Virus record (IMG/VR): IMGVR_UViG_3300043587_000032 | Location: 1-61,315 of that record | Strand: one strand, 5' to 3' | Origin: a virus | Taxonomy: Duplodnaviria; Caudoviricetes | DNA length: 61,315 bases | Shown: positions 1 to 9,324 of the stretch, in pieces | Numbering within the stretch: the first letter of the stretch is position 1 | Layout: each line of letters opens with the position of its first letter | Translations under genes and position numbers: made by a program | The notes under the pieces: generated by a model | Told to the model about the DNA's origin: nothing | Database searches by the model: none | The model's input: the letters and a program-made list of their open reading frames with translations, nothing else

Positions 1-127
1 CACCCACGCCGACCGCGACCATCCCGCCGTTGCGGCGGCCCGGCCCGTCAATCAGGTTCCAGTTCGTCTGCTGCGCACGGTCGGGGTCGAGGATCAACCC
101 GAGGTGGTCATCCTGGTTCCGGTGGAA
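1..127. repeat. Terminal direct repeat, copy 1 (circular assembly overlap)
   Basis: 1-127 is identical to 61189-61315; the terminase ORF reads through the junction. Confidence 0.95.
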
Positions 128-565
128 CCGGTCGCCCTTGTAGCCGCCGCCGTAGGTCTCGATCATCTGCCGGACAGCGAGACCGGACCGGGCGGCCACG
201 CCCTGCTCATAGGACGCCACGATGATCCGGCGCGTCGGGTCGCGCAGCAGCAGCCAAAGCGGGCCGACGGTGCCCATGCGCTGCGTCTTGCCTTCCTGCG
301 GCGGGGTGGAGATGATCCACCGGCGCTGAAAGCCCGTGTCCGCGGCGATGATCACGCGGTCGAGGGCGGCCATCATCTCGGTTTGCACGGTGTCCGGCTG
401 GACGAACTTGGCGAGATGGCCGGGACTCGGGAACTCGCGGAGCGCCCGCATCCGCCGCAGGGTGCGATCGAGCCTGATCTGTGCCAGGCGCCGTTCTGCT
501 GGGTTCAGCTTCTCGAGGTAGGCGCGGACCTGCTCCTCGGGTGTCGATTCCTTGACGGCCGTCAC
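1..565 (-). CDS. terL: Terminase large subunit, 5' part (continues across origin at 61188)
   Basis: GTG at 565 overlaps the terS stop (GTGA); encodes WIISTPPQEGKT Walker A; the joined ORF is 1788 nt (about 595 aa) in frame. Confidence 0.9.
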   Translation of the reverse strand, partial: MTAVKESTPEEQVRAYLEKLNPAERRLAQIRLDRTLRRMRALREFPSPGHLAKFVQPDTVQTEMMAALDRVIIAADTGFQRRWIISTPPQEGKTQRMGTVGPLWLLLRDPTRRIIVASYEQGVAARSGLAVRQMIETYGGGYKGDRFHRNQDDHLGLILDPDRAQQTNWNLIDGPGRRNGGMVAVGVG

Positions 566-1119
566 TCTCCGGCCGCTTCGGTGCGCGGGGGCTCTGCGTC
601 GGTGATCACGAAGATGTCCGTCTCGAGCAGCCGGGGCAGGTCGTCGGGACCGGCCTCGAGCATCTTGACGACCTCGCTGACGGTTTCGTCGATTCGCTGG
701 TTCGAGATCTGGATCTTGATTTCGGCGTCGAGCCCGAGCAGCTTGCCGCGCTTGTCCAGGCAGCCGAGCACGATGCGCGCGGACTTCTCGTCGCCGCGCA
801 AGGCCATCGGCATGTGCGCCTTCATGAGCAGTCGCACGGTCTCGAGGTCTTGTGTCACGAGCAGTTCGCGGCGCTCGTTGTTCTGTGCGAGATGGGCGGC
901 GAGCTGGTCATTGAGCAGCTTCGAGGCCCTCGAGGGGACCATCTTCAGCCTGTCTGCGGCCTCGCGCTCCGTCAGTCCTGATGCGATCAGTTCAACCAGT
1001 TGCTGTGACTGAAGCGCCGTCTTTACCTTGCGCTCGAGCGCAGTGGCCCTTGGCTTCGCCGGGGCCTTCTCCGTTGGGCCGACGGCCCGGAGAGGGGTCT
1101 TGCGTTGGCGAGGGGGCAT
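562..1119 (-). CDS. terS: Terminase small subunit / HTH DNA-binding protein
   Basis: HTH (GLTEREAADRL) and RGKLLGLD motif; directly upstream of and coupled to terL. Confidence 0.7.
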   Translation of the reverse strand: MPPRQRKTPLRAVGPTEKAPAKPRATALERKVKTALQSQQLVELIASGLTEREAADRLKMVPSRASKLLNDQLAAHLAQNNERRELLVTQDLETVRLLMKAHMPMALRGDEKSARIVLGCLDKRGKLLGLDAEIKIQISNQRIDETVSEVVKMLEAGPDDLPRLLETDIFVITDAEPPRTEAAGE

Positions 1120-1159
1120 CTGAGCGCTCCTTTTCGGTCGCGAGACAGGGGCTGGATTC

Positions 1160-1759
1160 TCACGAGACGGGCAGGAGCCCGGTGATGGTCCTCAGGATCT
1201 TTACGGCGTCGTCGGCCGGGAGGTGCACGGAGTAGGTGGCCAGCTGACCAGGCCAGGTGTTGACGCTGTTCGCGCACAGCACGAAGAACTTCCAGGCGCG
1301 AGTGCCCTGCCCCGCCACCCATGCCGGGTTCTGGTGTCCGCCGCGAGTCTCACGACGTTTCGCGGCGCCGTCGGCATCAGTCAGGTGGACCAGGGAGAGT
1401 CGGCCACCGGCCTCGAGCACGGCGGATGCGAAGCGCTTGTTCGCCAGGCGGGCGCCTTCGCCGATCACCAGGCCGGTGGCGTTGCCGGAGAGTAGCCACT
1501 TCTCCACGCCGACAATGGCGCTCATGCTCATGGCGTCGGTGCCGGGGAAGCCCTCCGGGTGCGGCCCGGCGCGGCGGCCTAGCTCGGTCGCAACGGGAGT
1601 CTCACCGGGTCCGTACAGGAACTCTCGGGCTGGTCCGCCGTCCGTTCGGTGCGCCACCACGGCCCGTTCATATCCGCGCGTGAGCTCGCCGACGACGGTC
1701 GATTTACCCACGCCGGGCTCGCCGATGACGTAGACCACGTGGAGCGTGCTATCACCCAT
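1160..1759 (-). CDS. P-loop nucleotide kinase-like protein
   Basis: GEPGVGKST Walker A, GTDAMSM and GEGARL motifs; leaderless start. Confidence 0.7.
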   Translation of the reverse strand: MGDSTLHVVYVIGEPGVGKSTVVGELTRGYERAVVAHRTDGGPAREFLYGPGETPVATELGRRAGPHPEGFPGTDAMSMSAIVGVEKWLLSGNATGLVIGEGARLANKRFASAVLEAGGRLSLVHLTDADGAAKRRETRGGHQNPAWVAGQGTRAWKFFVLCANSVNTWPGQLATYSVHLPADDAVKILRTITGLLPVS

Positions 1760-1797
1760 ATGCGAAGAATACCCCCTAGCTAGGGGGTATGATCAAC
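1760..1797 (-). promoter_or_regulatory. C/G-palindrome promoter-operator
   Basis: C5-TAGCTA-G5, then TATTCT, 6 nt, ATG 1759. Confidence 0.6.
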
Positions 1798-1839
1798 CCT
1801 CACTGCGACGCGCCGTAGTCGGGTCGCAGGACGCCTGTC

Positions 1840-2103
1840 CTAGATCACGTCGAACCATCGAGCGAACCGCGCCGGAGGCATGTCGTTGTCGTGGTAGTCG
1901 AGCGTAACCACGACGTAGTGACCCGCTGTCACGATGCGCTCGAAGCCGCCATTAGGGAACGTGACGTGAAGGGCGCCTTCGGAGTCCACTGTGGCATCCA
2001 AACGCTCGGTTCCATTGATGGAGTCGATCAGATCGGCCACGGCCTCTAGGTTGGTTCCGGTCCACTGCTCGAACTCGATATTTTGGGTGGCGAAGTTAGG
2101 CAC
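1840..2103 (-). CDS. Hypothetical protein
   Basis: 87 aa ORF with AGGAG RBS, filling the gene slot. Confidence 0.6.
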   Translation of the reverse strand: MPNFATQNIEFEQWTGTNLEAVADLIDSINGTERLDATVDSEGALHVTFPNGGFERIVTAGHYVVVTLDYHDNDMPPARFARWFDVI

Positions 2104-2126
2104 AATCGCTCCTGAATTCGTAGGTT

Positions 2127-2684
2127 CTAGCCGACCTTGTAGACGTGGAATTCCGCGGGATCGAAGCTCCAGAGGCTACCTGTTGACGCGCCGTTGCTGT
2201 AGGCGTACGCGCAGATGGTGGCACCAGCCGCGAGCGGGTAGGCGCCGATGCTGGCCTCGGCCGACAAACCGGCTGACGTGAAGTTCCCGCTGATGTAATT
2301 CGAGCCGAGCGACGCCGCCGACGATCCAATGAAGACGTTCGAGGAGAAACCGCCCGTACCTGGCATGTAGTTACTCGCCGATAGGGCGTACAGGCCCGCT
2401 TGCGTCACGGTGAAGGTGTCGGTGCCATTCCAGGTGATCCCGGCGGCGGCCTGGATTGTCGAGCCGAACGTGAGCTTGTTGAGGCCGCCTGCAATCGTCT
2501 GCGATGCCGATGCCCGATAGGAGCCGCCATACACACCCTCGAGGGCGGTGACGCGCGCACCGAGAGCGGCATCGGCCGCATCCACGTAGGTCTTGTTCGT
2601 CAGGTCCGGGCCCGCGGTCGGCACGGCAGTGGTGGTGATCTTGTTGGCGCCCAGGTCTACCGCGCCCAGGAAGCGACGGCTCAT
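2127..2684 (-). CDS. Minor tail / fibre-tip protein
   Basis: DLTNKTYVD repeat motif, short coil, beta-rich C-terminus. Confidence 0.6.
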   Translation of the reverse strand: MSRRFLGAVDLGANKITTTAVPTAGPDLTNKTYVDAADAALGARVTALEGVYGGSYRASASQTIAGGLNKLTFGSTIQAAAGITWNGTDTFTVTQAGLYALSASNYMPGTGGFSSNVFIGSSAASLGSNYISGNFTSAGLSAEASIGAYPLAAGATICAYAYSNGASTGSLWSFDPAEFHVYKVG

Positions 2685-2687
2685 GCG

Positions 2688-3824
2688 TCAGCCAACGATC
2701 ATCATCTGGTAGAAGTTCGTCACGAAGCCGGTCGTCGGAATCTGCACCACCAGGTTGTTGGCGTCAGTGCCGGACACCGGCTTGTTGTCGGCCTCGATCT
2801 GCTGCCCCGGGTCGGTGCCTGCCGAGCCGAATCGCAGCACGAACGCGGGGCACAGGTTGTTGAGACCGTGGTTGATAGTGACCGGCGTGTAGCCGCCGGA
2901 CGGTGCGCCGACCGTGAAGATCCCCGAGGTCGTGGTGGGGATCGCGAGCGGGCCGATCTTCCGGCCGACCACCAGCGGATCGATACCGGCAGTCGCACCG
3001 TCCGCGCCGACCGCCGCCATGCCGAGACCCGGGTTGAACCCGACCTTCGAGCCGACCACGGTGATGCCGTACCCGGCGGTGAGGTTCTGCGTGAACGGGT
3101 TCGTCCACACCTGCGGGTTCGTGTCGACAACGATCGCGCCGTTCGTGCCGGTGCCGGTCGCGGTCTGCATCCACAGGGTCCGCGCGGTGCCGTTGTAGCC
3201 CTCGACGACGGTCCCGGCGACGATCGCGCCGGTGTTGCCGGTCGGCGAGTCGGCGGGCCGGGTCATCGGGACCGCGGCGCCGTTCCACTGCCACAAGCCC
3301 ATCTGGCTGGTGGTGGTCTGTGCGGTGAGCAGGACACGGTCACCGGCGACCATGGTGCGGCCGTTGATCGCGGCGCCCGGCGCGGCAATCGACACATTGG
3401 CCAGGGCCACGATGTCGACGTGTTCCTTGAAGTCCATGCCGACCTGGATCCCGGCAATGGCTGTCTGGAACTGGGCGTACTCGACGGCTTGGCCGCCGGT
3501 GCTGGCCGCGGGGAGGTTCGAGAACTGCTGGCCGTTCATGTCCACCGAGGCGTTCGGCGGGAGCATGGACGCCCAGCGCAGGGCCTGCACGGCGGCGGTG
3601 AAGTCGGAGATCGTGCTCGCGGTCTGCGTGCCGGTGTGGGTCGCCCGGTTGCGCAGGTCGATCGCCACGCCGCCGATCTGGATCTTGACGGTGCCCGCGG
3701 TCGAGTCGAACCAGATGCGCCCGTCGGTGACGGTGCCGCCTGCGTTCCCGGCGATCGCCTCCAGGACCGCGTTGATGATCTGGTTCTGCGTCATGTCGAT
3801 CGCAGTGAGGAACTTGCGTGTCAT
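2688..3824 (-). CDS. Minor virion / tail fibre protein
   Basis: Gly/Thr-rich; GDRVLLTAQT...GLW and INHGL motifs typical of phage fibre/collar proteins. Confidence 0.65.
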   Translation of the reverse strand: MTRKFLTAIDMTQNQIINAVLEAIAGNAGGTVTDGRIWFDSTAGTVKIQIGGVAIDLRNRATHTGTQTASTISDFTAAVQALRWASMLPPNASVDMNGQQFSNLPAASTGGQAVEYAQFQTAIAGIQVGMDFKEHVDIVALANVSIAAPGAAINGRTMVAGDRVLLTAQTTTSQMGLWQWNGAAVPMTRPADSPTGNTGAIVAGTVVEGYNGTARTLWMQTATGTGTNGAIVVDTNPQVWTNPFTQNLTAGYGITVVGSKVGFNPGLGMAAVGADGATAGIDPLVVGRKIGPLAIPTTTSGIFTVGAPSGGYTPVTINHGLNNLCPAFVLRFGSAGTDPGQQIEADNKPVSGTDANNLVVQIPTTGFVTNFYQMMIVG

Positions 3825-4387
3825 GAGCAGTACGCCCTTCCGGTCACGGGAGACGACCAGCGGAGGACGGTGGTCGAGAGATTCGGGTCGCTACGGGATC
3901 GCCATTCGATGCCGTTCGATTCGGCAGTGGGATCGAGCCCCTCGAGGGCTTCGATGACGGGGTGGAAACCCAGGTTGTGCGGGATGGTCCAGGTGTTGTC
4001 TGGCGCAGGCTGACTGAACTCGAACGTGCCGCCTGGCACGGTGGGACCCTCGGGATTCTCACCCGGTGGCAGTGAGACCAGCAGGTCACGGAGCTCGTAG
4101 GATCCGCCGTCGGGCATCCGGATCGCCCATTTGTGACCGCCGGGTGCGCAAGTCTCATCCACCAGGTAGTAGGTGTTGATCTGCTCGAACTCGGTGTTCG
4201 CGATCAGGGACGCGGTCCAGATGCCCGTGTGGTCGGTGTCAGCGGGGACGCGCTGGAGCACTTCGCCGACGCCGTTCAGGAGGAACGGATTGGCGGGGGC
4301 AATGAGGGCAATCCGCACTGTCACGTTCTGGAGGCCGCGGCCGTCGGCGGCTACCAGGGTGTTCGTCACCGTCCCGCGAACGACCAT
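3821..4387 (-). CDS. Minor virion protein
   Basis: WTIPHNLGFHP motif; coupled to the fibre genes. Confidence 0.55.
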   Translation of the reverse strand: MVVRGTVTNTLVAADGRGLQNVTVRIALIAPANPFLLNGVGEVLQRVPADTDHTGIWTASLIANTEFEQINTYYLVDETCAPGGHKWAIRMPDGGSYELRDLLVSLPPGENPEGPTVPGGTFEFSQPAPDNTWTIPHNLGFHPVIEALEGLDPTAESNGIEWRSRSDPNLSTTVLRWSSPVTGRAYCS

Positions 4388-4784
4388 CTTCCACCTCCGT
4401 GACTTTGAGGATCACGGTAGCGGTCGCCCGGTCGAGGGGGTCCTCGATGCGCGGCACGACTTGCGCGGAGGAGCGGCGGACGTAGCGCCAGTTGTCGTCT
4501 GGCCAGACACCGGCGGCGACCATGCCGTCGAGGATGGGCTTGATGGAGTCCGTTTGGTTGTCGCCGTCGGCGAGCCGGTTCGAGCCGGGGAACCAGAGGA
4601 GTTCGACATCTGCGCGCCCCAGCTCGAGAAAGCCGTGGGCTTGCTGCCAGTGCTTCGCAAGGTAGGTGATGTCCGACTTGACCGCTTTGTACTCGCGGTG
4701 CGCCGGTGACCAGTGCTTACGGCGGTTGGCGGACAGGGGCGGACGCAGGTACGGCAAGGTCAGTTCCCACGTCCGCCCCGTCAT
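4239..4784 (-). CDS. rusA: RusA-like Holliday junction resolvase
   Basis: PPLSANRR and DGDNxxxxIKPILDGMVxAGVWPDDN motifs; the C-terminal tail overlaps the next gene. Confidence 0.8.
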   Translation of the reverse strand: MTGRTWELTLPYLRPPLSANRRKHWSPAHREYKAVKSDITYLAKHWQQAHGFLELGRADVELLWFPGSNRLADGDNQTDSIKPILDGMVAAGVWPDDNWRYVRRSSAQVVPRIEDPLDRATATVILKVTEVEDGRSRDGDEHPGSRRRPRPPERDSADCPHCPRQSVPPERRRRSAPARPR

Positions 4785-5146
4785 CAGAGCCGCCCGCTAC
4801 CGATGGTCTCGCCGCTGGCCGTCACCGGCGCCGTAACTTCCTTGCGGGTCGCAAGGGTGAGCACGGCGGCGATCGCGAGCATGGCCACAGACTGCTGCTC
4901 TGCGGTCCAGCCGAGCCCGAAGGCGATCCCGGCGGCGATGGCCGTCTTGAACACGACCACGATCGCGGCAACCCAGGTCCCGTCATGCAGCGCCGCAGCA
5001 CCGATGAACCCGAAGATGGCAACGGCCACCGCGGTGATGAGTCCCTGCTGCTCGATGCTCACGTGGATGAAGAACGCGCTGACGAACTGGATGAGGGCGG
5101 CAGCGGCGGCCGTCCACGCGAGCGGGTCGCGTCCAAGGATTTTCAT
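4784..5146 (-). CDS. Holin
   Basis: About 120 aa, four hydrophobic segments, GRDP start, TRKEVT end; adjacent to the endolysin. Confidence 0.75.
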   Translation of the reverse strand: MKILGRDPLAWTAAAAALIQFVSAFFIHVSIEQQGLITAVAVAIFGFIGAAALHDGTWVAAIVVVFKTAIAAGIAFGLGWTAEQQSVAMLAIAAVLTLATRKEVTAPVTASGETIGSGRL

Positions 5147-5183
5147 GATCTTGCCTCTCGGTTGAGCAAACGTCGGATGTGGA

Positions 5184-6116
5184 TCATCCAACGATGTCGA
5201 TTTCCCACGCGTCATTGCAGGAGTACTCGAGGTCCGCCCACACCGCGCCGGGCAGCTCGTGGCGGTGGTGGCTGGTGATCTTCACGGCGTAGTTCGGATC
5301 CGTCTTCGGGTTGTGCCCAACGCCGACCTTGTCCGAGCCCCACGCGAAGATGTTGCCCAGCCAGACCGGGTTAGGCGCCTCGCCGCTCGCGTCGATCCGC
5401 GGCCGGATGATGATCGCCGCGTTCGCCGTGCCCGGCAGCCAAAGCCGGACGGCGACGGTGTCCGGGCTCTTCGGGATGGTCTTGCGCTCCATTAGCTCAA
5501 CCTCGCTTGTCTTGGTGCCGGGTGTCGGGGTCGGTGTCGGCAGCGGCTTGCCCGCGTTGACGGGCACCTCGCCCTTGTTCATGTCCACCGAGCCGCCTAC
5601 GCCCGGCACGCTGCCCGTGCTGGAGTACTGCCAGGTTCGGTAGCTGTTCTTCGGCGCAGCGCCGTAGCGGGCGATCCAGGGCCACACGGAGGGCACCGCA
5701 GCGCGGACGGCAGGGAGCAGGTAGCCCATCATCGAGTCGTTGGCGTAGAACACCGGCAAGTTCCCGAGCTCGACCGCCATGCGAAGCCAGCCGATCGCGA
5801 AGTCCGTAGCCGTCTTGCCCGGCACGAACGGGCTCTCCAGGTCGAGCGCGGGCCCGAGGTCCATCAGGCCGTTTGCCTTCGCCTCCCGCACGAGCAGGCC
5901 GTATTGCGCCCGCGGGTCGCCGAACTGCGCGTAGCCGTACGCGCCCATGGCCAGCCCGGCGCGCCGACCGGCCGCGCCGTAGCCGCCGGTGTCGCGCACG
6001 CTCAGACCGTCAGTCGCCTTGACGTAGACGAATCGGCGCCCCGCCGCGGCAACGCGCCCGAAGTCCACGCCGGGCTGGTACTTCGTGTACACGTCCAGAC
6101 CTTCGTTCACTGCCAC
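5184..6116 (-). CDS. Endolysin, GH25 muramidase with C-terminal binding domain
   Basis: DVxxYQ, YVKATDG, LDLE, WQYSSTG..VDMN motifs; PT linker. Confidence 0.9.
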   Translation of the reverse strand: MAVNEGLDVYTKYQPGVDFGRVAAAGRRFVYVKATDGLSVRDTGGYGAAGRRAGLAMGAYGYAQFGDPRAQYGLLVREAKANGLMDLGPALDLESPFVPGKTATDFAIGWLRMAVELGNLPVFYANDSMMGYLLPAVRAAVPSVWPWIARYGAAPKNSYRTWQYSSTGSVPGVGGSVDMNKGEVPVNAGKPLPTPTPTPGTKTSEVELMERKTIPKSPDTVAVRLWLPGTANAAIIIRPRIDASGEAPNPVWLGNIFAWGSDKVGVGHNPKTDPNYAVKITSHHRHELPGAVWADLEYSCNDAWEIDIVG

Positions 6117-6895
6117 AACCCCCTCGCCGGGACGGGCACGACGGCGTCGCCGTGCCTAGCAAGCAGGTTCGTCAGGTCCCGGAAACCGAGCCAGGCGTAG
6201 CCGTCCTCACCCCACGACGTGCCCCACGAGTTGGCCAGCCGGACGGCCTCGCGTTCGTAGTCCACGCCGACGGCCACGATCTGGTGACCGCCAGCCAGGC
6301 CCGAACCGAAGTCGACCGCGAGCCACTCATCCGGCGACACCATTGCGTCATGCCGGTGGGTCTCGTTCATCGATTCGTACCAGGGGATCCCGAGGCTCAC
6401 CGGGGAGAGCTGGAGCAGCTTCAGCACCGTGTCCACGGAGAACGCGTGTCGGTAGCCCGTGATATACCCGGCCGCCTTCAGCGCCTTCATGGACCACAGG
6501 CCCGTCGAGCCCGTGTCCTGCTCGGGATACCGGCCGGGAATCTGCCGGTCGTCGAGGGCCGTCTCCTGCTCGTAGAGCCGCACCGCGTCGCCCTCGGTGA
6601 ACATCCAGTCGCCATAGAACGGTTCCGTCATCAGGAGCCCCAGCGCGGCGAACGCGGTGCACGCGCCGATCGGGCCCTGGTTCCAGATCGGCGCCCGGCG
6701 GGTGTGCAAGGTCGTGCGGGGCCGGGCGACGCTGCGCACGAAGGCCTCCGCGTCATATTGCCGCGACTGCTCATCGTGGAGTACGTGCCGACCGAGGCCC
6801 GGCCCCTGCTCGAGTCGGTGGAAGGTCGATCCCTCCACCGGCGGCACGCCCAGATCGAAGTCAAGGCCGCCGTTGGTGCTCACGTGGTCATGCAT
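6107..6895 (-). CDS. Papain-like (C1) cysteine peptidase
   Basis: NQGPIGACTAF (Gln/Cys), GGHQI (His), NSWGTSWGEDGY (Asn). Confidence 0.85.
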   Translation of the reverse strand: MHDHVSTNGGLDFDLGVPPVEGSTFHRLEQGPGLGRHVLHDEQSRQYDAEAFVRSVARPRTTLHTRRAPIWNQGPIGACTAFAALGLLMTEPFYGDWMFTEGDAVRLYEQETALDDRQIPGRYPEQDTGSTGLWSMKALKAAGYITGYRHAFSVDTVLKLLQLSPVSLGIPWYESMNETHRHDAMVSPDEWLAVDFGSGLAGGHQIVAVGVDYEREAVRLANSWGTSWGEDGYAWLGFRDLTNLLARHGDAVVPVPARGLWQ

Positions 6896-6946
6896 CCCAT
6901 CACCTCGGGAAGGAGCCTACCGTCTGTCCCCCCAGGATGGGGTGGA

Positions 6947-8257
6947 TCACGCGGTGGTCGGGTCCCACTGGGAATCCGGCCGGTCCCAGTACTCCGCGTT
7001 CGGCCGCCACGGCAACATGCCGGAGTGCCCGCGTACGAGACCCTGCGGCCAGTCCCGCTCTTCGCGCTGCCCGCGCCAGCTGATTACGTCGGCCGAGTTC
7101 GGGTCCGCCGACGGGTCCGTTGCGCGCCGGAGGCCCATGCCGAACTCCGGCCAGCCGAGCAGGACCGCGGACCCGCGGGGGCGCATGTAGCGCTGCCCGT
7201 CGAGGTTCTTGCCCTGACCGGCGTGAGCTTCGGTGATGATTGCGCAGCCGTGGCGCTCGCGGATGCCGTCGATCACGCGCAGTACCTCCCCGGCCACCGT
7301 CTCATCGTTCATGTTCGCCCCGCCGGTGAGCTTGTAGAGCGGGCCAATGACCAGGATGTCCGGCGCGGTGTTGCCTACGTAGCGCTCGAGCCACGCCGCG
7401 TCCGTGCCCTTCAGCAAGTCCATGCCGCCGGTGCGGAACTCGACGAACATCCGCTTTCCCCAATCGACCGGCGGGAGCTGCGCAACGTCGCGCTGCGCGT
7501 CCACCACGCCGACCATGCGGCGGTAGCGGCGGCGGGACTGGCGCTGCGAGTTCTCACAGTCGACGATCGAGACGCGCATCTCCGAGTTTCCGTCAAGGAT
7601 CGGCTCGCCGCGGAACGGGTGGATCCCCGCCGCCGTGCAGCACGACACCTGCGCAATGAACTCGGACTTCCCGAGCCCCTCATCCCCCGTGAGCATCAGC
7701 CGGTCACCTCGCTCAATCAAGCCCGGCACGAGCCAGTCGTACTCCTCGAAGCTGGAGAGCAGGTCTACCAGGGTGTGCGGCTCGACGGTGCTGGCCGACG
7801 ACGCATAGGTGGTGAGCTCTTTCAGCGTGGCTTGGATCCGGCCGATGGCGTCCGCGGTCGGCGTCGGCTCGCCGGACTCCCACTCGCGATCGAGGGACTG
7901 AAGCTCGCGCTCGCAGGCCTCCGCGAGCCGACGACGGCCGTACAACTCGGTGACGCGGTCGGCGTACTGGTCGGCGTTCGGGACGTGGAAGAACGAGCCG
8001 TGCAAGTCGATCAGGTACGGGCCAGGGATCTTCGACAGCAGGCCGAGGTCTTCGACGGCGGCGAGCACGGTGATCGGATCCACCGGCATGTGCTTGATGA
8101 CCATGTCCCGGATGATCCCGGCGACGGCGCGTGCCTGCGGTGACCAGAAAGCCGCGGTCGGCACGGCAAGGAAGATCTGTTCAACATCCTTTGGCGCGGA
8201 AAGCATGGCCCCAAGGAGAGCCCGCTCGGTCTGCATGTCGTATGCGTTATGGGCCAT
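6947..8257 (-). CDS. Replicative helicase (DnaB N-domain plus RecA-like AAA domain)
   Basis: ERALLGAML DnaB N-terminus, GDEGLGKS Walker A, PRGS motif. Confidence 0.85.
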   Translation of the reverse strand: MAHNAYDMQTERALLGAMLSAPKDVEQIFLAVPTAAFWSPQARAVAGIIRDMVIKHMPVDPITVLAAVEDLGLLSKIPGPYLIDLHGSFFHVPNADQYADRVTELYGRRRLAEACERELQSLDREWESGEPTPTADAIGRIQATLKELTTYASSASTVEPHTLVDLLSSFEEYDWLVPGLIERGDRLMLTGDEGLGKSEFIAQVSCCTAAGIHPFRGEPILDGNSEMRVSIVDCENSQRQSRRRYRRMVGVVDAQRDVAQLPPVDWGKRMFVEFRTGGMDLLKGTDAAWLERYVGNTAPDILVIGPLYKLTGGANMNDETVAGEVLRVIDGIRERHGCAIITEAHAGQGKNLDGQRYMRPRGSAVLLGWPEFGMGLRRATDPSADPNSADVISWRGQREERDWPQGLVRGHSGMLPWRPNAEYWDRPDSQWDPTTA

Positions 8258-8260
8258 GTG

Positions 8261-9076
8261 TCACATCTCCAAGCGGGTGCGGCCGGTGTAGACGGCCGGG
8301 CGGGGCTGAGCGGGGGCCGGGCGGGAGCTGGGGAGGCGCGCTCCTCCGCGGAGCTGATTCGCGAGGCGCTCCTCCGTAAGCGTCCAGTTGTGCTCGGCAA
8401 TGAAGGCGAGGACCTGGTTAACGTGGTCGTCCCTGTAACCATGGATCAAGGCCTTGCGGATGATCTTCATAAACGCGGGAACGTTGCCCATCTTGCCGAG
8501 CCGCTCGTAGTGCTCCTGAGCAAGGAGAGTGGCCCGCTTGTTCATCGAGACGTACTCGCCTGCCGTCGCTTCCTTGTCCGAAGCCCTCGCCGCGGCAGCG
8601 GCGGTGTTCTTCTCTTCAGTCTTCTTAAGATCAGTCTTCTCTTTTACCGACTGGATTCCCGTCGACGGAATCTCAGTTGGTGCAACGACCTGCGGATTCG
8701 TGGTGTTTTCCCTGGTCGGGACCATGCCCTGAGATTCAGGTGACGGTGATTCAGTGATCGGCCGGACAATCGGGTCATCCGTGATGGCCCACGTCCATAC
8801 CCACTGGCCACCCTGGGATGTTTTGGTGCGGGCGAGGTAGCCGGTCCGTTCCAACTCCTTCAGAGCGTTGGTGACGGCGTCGCGACCTTCGATGACGGAC
8901 GCGTCGAGCTGCGCCCGATTGACCTCCCAGCCATTCGGGAGGGAGATCATGTATCCAAGCAGGCACCGAGCCACGGCCTTCAGCGGCACCGGCAGCTGGC
9001 CGCGCTGGAAAGCGTTCGAGATGATCGTGAACTGGTCGGCCGGGAGTGGCGCGCGCGAGAGGGTGAAGTCGCTCAT
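8261..9076 (-). CDS. Replication initiator (wHTH, RepA/O-like)
   Basis: FTIISN...EGRDAVTNALKELERTGYL wHTH, low-complexity linker, upstream of the helicase. Confidence 0.75.
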   Translation of the reverse strand: MSDFTLSRAPLPADQFTIISNAFQRGQLPVPLKAVARCLLGYMISLPNGWEVNRAQLDASVIEGRDAVTNALKELERTGYLARTKTSQGGQWVWTWAITDDPIVRPITESPSPESQGMVPTRENTTNPQVVAPTEIPSTGIQSVKEKTDLKKTEEKNTAAAAARASDKEATAGEYVSMNKRATLLAQEHYERLGKMGNVPAFMKIIRKALIHGYRDDHVNQVLAFIAEHNWTLTEERLANQLRGGARLPSSRPAPAQPRPAVYTGRTRLEM

Positions 9077-9324
9077 TCCGCCGCACCGCCGTCGAGGGTG
9101 GCGTAGGCCATCTCGTGATCTATCATCGCCAACCGGATGTGTCCACGGAGGGCCAGCTCTTCCATTGCCGCGACAACCGCAGGCTCGAGGTCTGGGAGTG
9201 CGGCCAGGATCTCAGTGGTCTTGGCGTAGCGGCCGTTGCGTCGACCGAACTCGTCGAGCCAGGCCTTCAGGCCGCGCGCCCCCAAGGTGAGGGGACGGAT
9301 GTCGGGGCGCCTTGGTACACTCAT
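9073..9324 (-). CDS. Small wHTH-like protein
   Basis: 83 aa, AGAAGGA RBS, coupled to the rep gene. Confidence 0.6.
   Translation of the reverse strand: MSVPRRPDIRPLTLGARGLKAWLDEFGRRNGRYAKTTEILAALPDLEPAVVAAMEELALRGHIRLAMIDHEMAYATLDGGAAE

Noticed and set aside
1-127. 127-bp terminal repeat as a biological phage end
   Set aside because: It lies inside terL and its length matches a common assembler k-mer overlap; it shows circularity only
4239-4387. Meaningful dual coding between rusA and the next gene
   Set aside because: The RusA fold ends near the next start and the extra tail is low-complexity, probably incidental read-through
2127-4387. Diversity-generating retroelement or invertible fibre locus
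   Set aside because: No reverse transcriptase, template repeat or invertase was recognised
8590-8770. Replication origin iterons inside the rep gene
   Set aside because: Locally AT-richer with a short TCAGTCTTCT repeat, plausible by analogy, but no clear iteron set could be defined
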